A stretch of 64,000 nt of DNA, from positions 50,683-114,682 of the forward strand of contig CAVYDV010000008.1 of NCBI GenBank assembly GCA_963767505.1, in the 5' to 3' direction. Below the pieces are notes generated by a model. That model was not told the DNA's origin. It worked only from the letters and a program-made list of their open reading frames with translations, and searched no databases. Position 1 is the first letter of the stretch. Each line of letters opens with the position of its first letter. This DNA comes from an uncultured Thermoleophilia bacterium. GTDB lineage: Bacteria; Actinomycetota; Thermoleophilia; UBA2241. The translations under genes and the position numbers were made by a program. Below, piece after piece: positions 63,718 to 64,000 of this stretch.

Positions 63718-64000
63718 ATGGCCAACACGATAGTCTGGGCGGATATCCCAGTCACGGATATGGACCGCGCTCGCGCCTTCTACGGCGCGGTGCTCCAGGC
63801 GGACATCGCGCTCATGGACGGCACCGACGGCACCGTGGCGCTGCTACCTGGGGGGACGGACGAGGTGACCGGCGATCTTGACCTCAGCGAGGGCCGGCGG
63901 CCGAGTGCCGACGGCTGCACGATCTACCTCAACAGCAACGGCGACGCCGCAGGCATGATGGCTCGGGCGCTCGCGGCCGGCGGTGAGGTGCTCACGCCGG
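63718..64000 (+). CDS. VOC/glyoxalase family protein, 5' part (runs off window)
   Basis: VWADIPVTDMDRARAFYGAVL, GCTIYL; SD AAGGAGG. Confidence 0.82.
   Translation, partial: MANTIVWADIPVTDMDRARAFYGAVLQADIALMDGTDGTVALLPGGTDEVTGDLDLSEGRRPSADGCTIYLNSNGDAAGMMARALAAGGEVLTP

Overview
This window is very GC-rich bacterial chromosomal DNA. It is probably from a deep-branching Actinomycetota, Thermoleophilia-like; this is inferred from gene order, the retained prfB frameshift and protein styles. It is almost entirely core genome: ilvE-cimA-FAH; suhB (minus); dnaE-hisZ-hisG-hisD-hisB-hisH-hisA-hisF-tsaC-phzF; rpiB-glyA-dCMP deaminase-wecA; a complete H+-type atp operon; murA; two LCP genes; a small LAxTG sortase substrate; an O-antigen-ligase/TPR gene; ugd-NDP-sugar synthase-PMM-PGI/PMI-PNP-like-ahcY-mtnA-NDP-sugar synthase-comF-hpf-secA-prfB-adenosine deaminase; a DEAD-box helicase; tRNA-Val(GAC); crcB-DUF190; a full trpEGDCFBA operon (minus); and a small efflux/redox cluster (MFS, nitroreductase, FMN split-barrel, glutaredoxin-reductase fusion, VOC). 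I saw no mobile element, integrase, CRISPR array or rRNA. Dozens of single-base frameshifts break even essential genes (secA, murA, atpB, dnaE), so the sequence is almost certainly an unpolished long-read assembly and many gene boundaries are approximate. The most notable observations are: (1) three genes kept in housekeeping operons whose catalytic motifs are erased (a HisG with no PRPP-binding motifs, a truncated PNP/MTAP-fold protein in front of ahcY-mtnA, and a degenerate second LCP protein); (2) a putative surface-glycoprotein locus made of the LCP pair, a tiny LAFTG-anchored protein and a divergent Wzy_C/TPR transferase upstream of sugar-nucleotide genes; (3) an unexplained ~130-nt rod-like structured RNA upstream of crcB where a fluoride riboswitch would be expected, and a structured leader upstream of the DEAD-box helicase. 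All homology calls come from my motif recognition; no database search was run.
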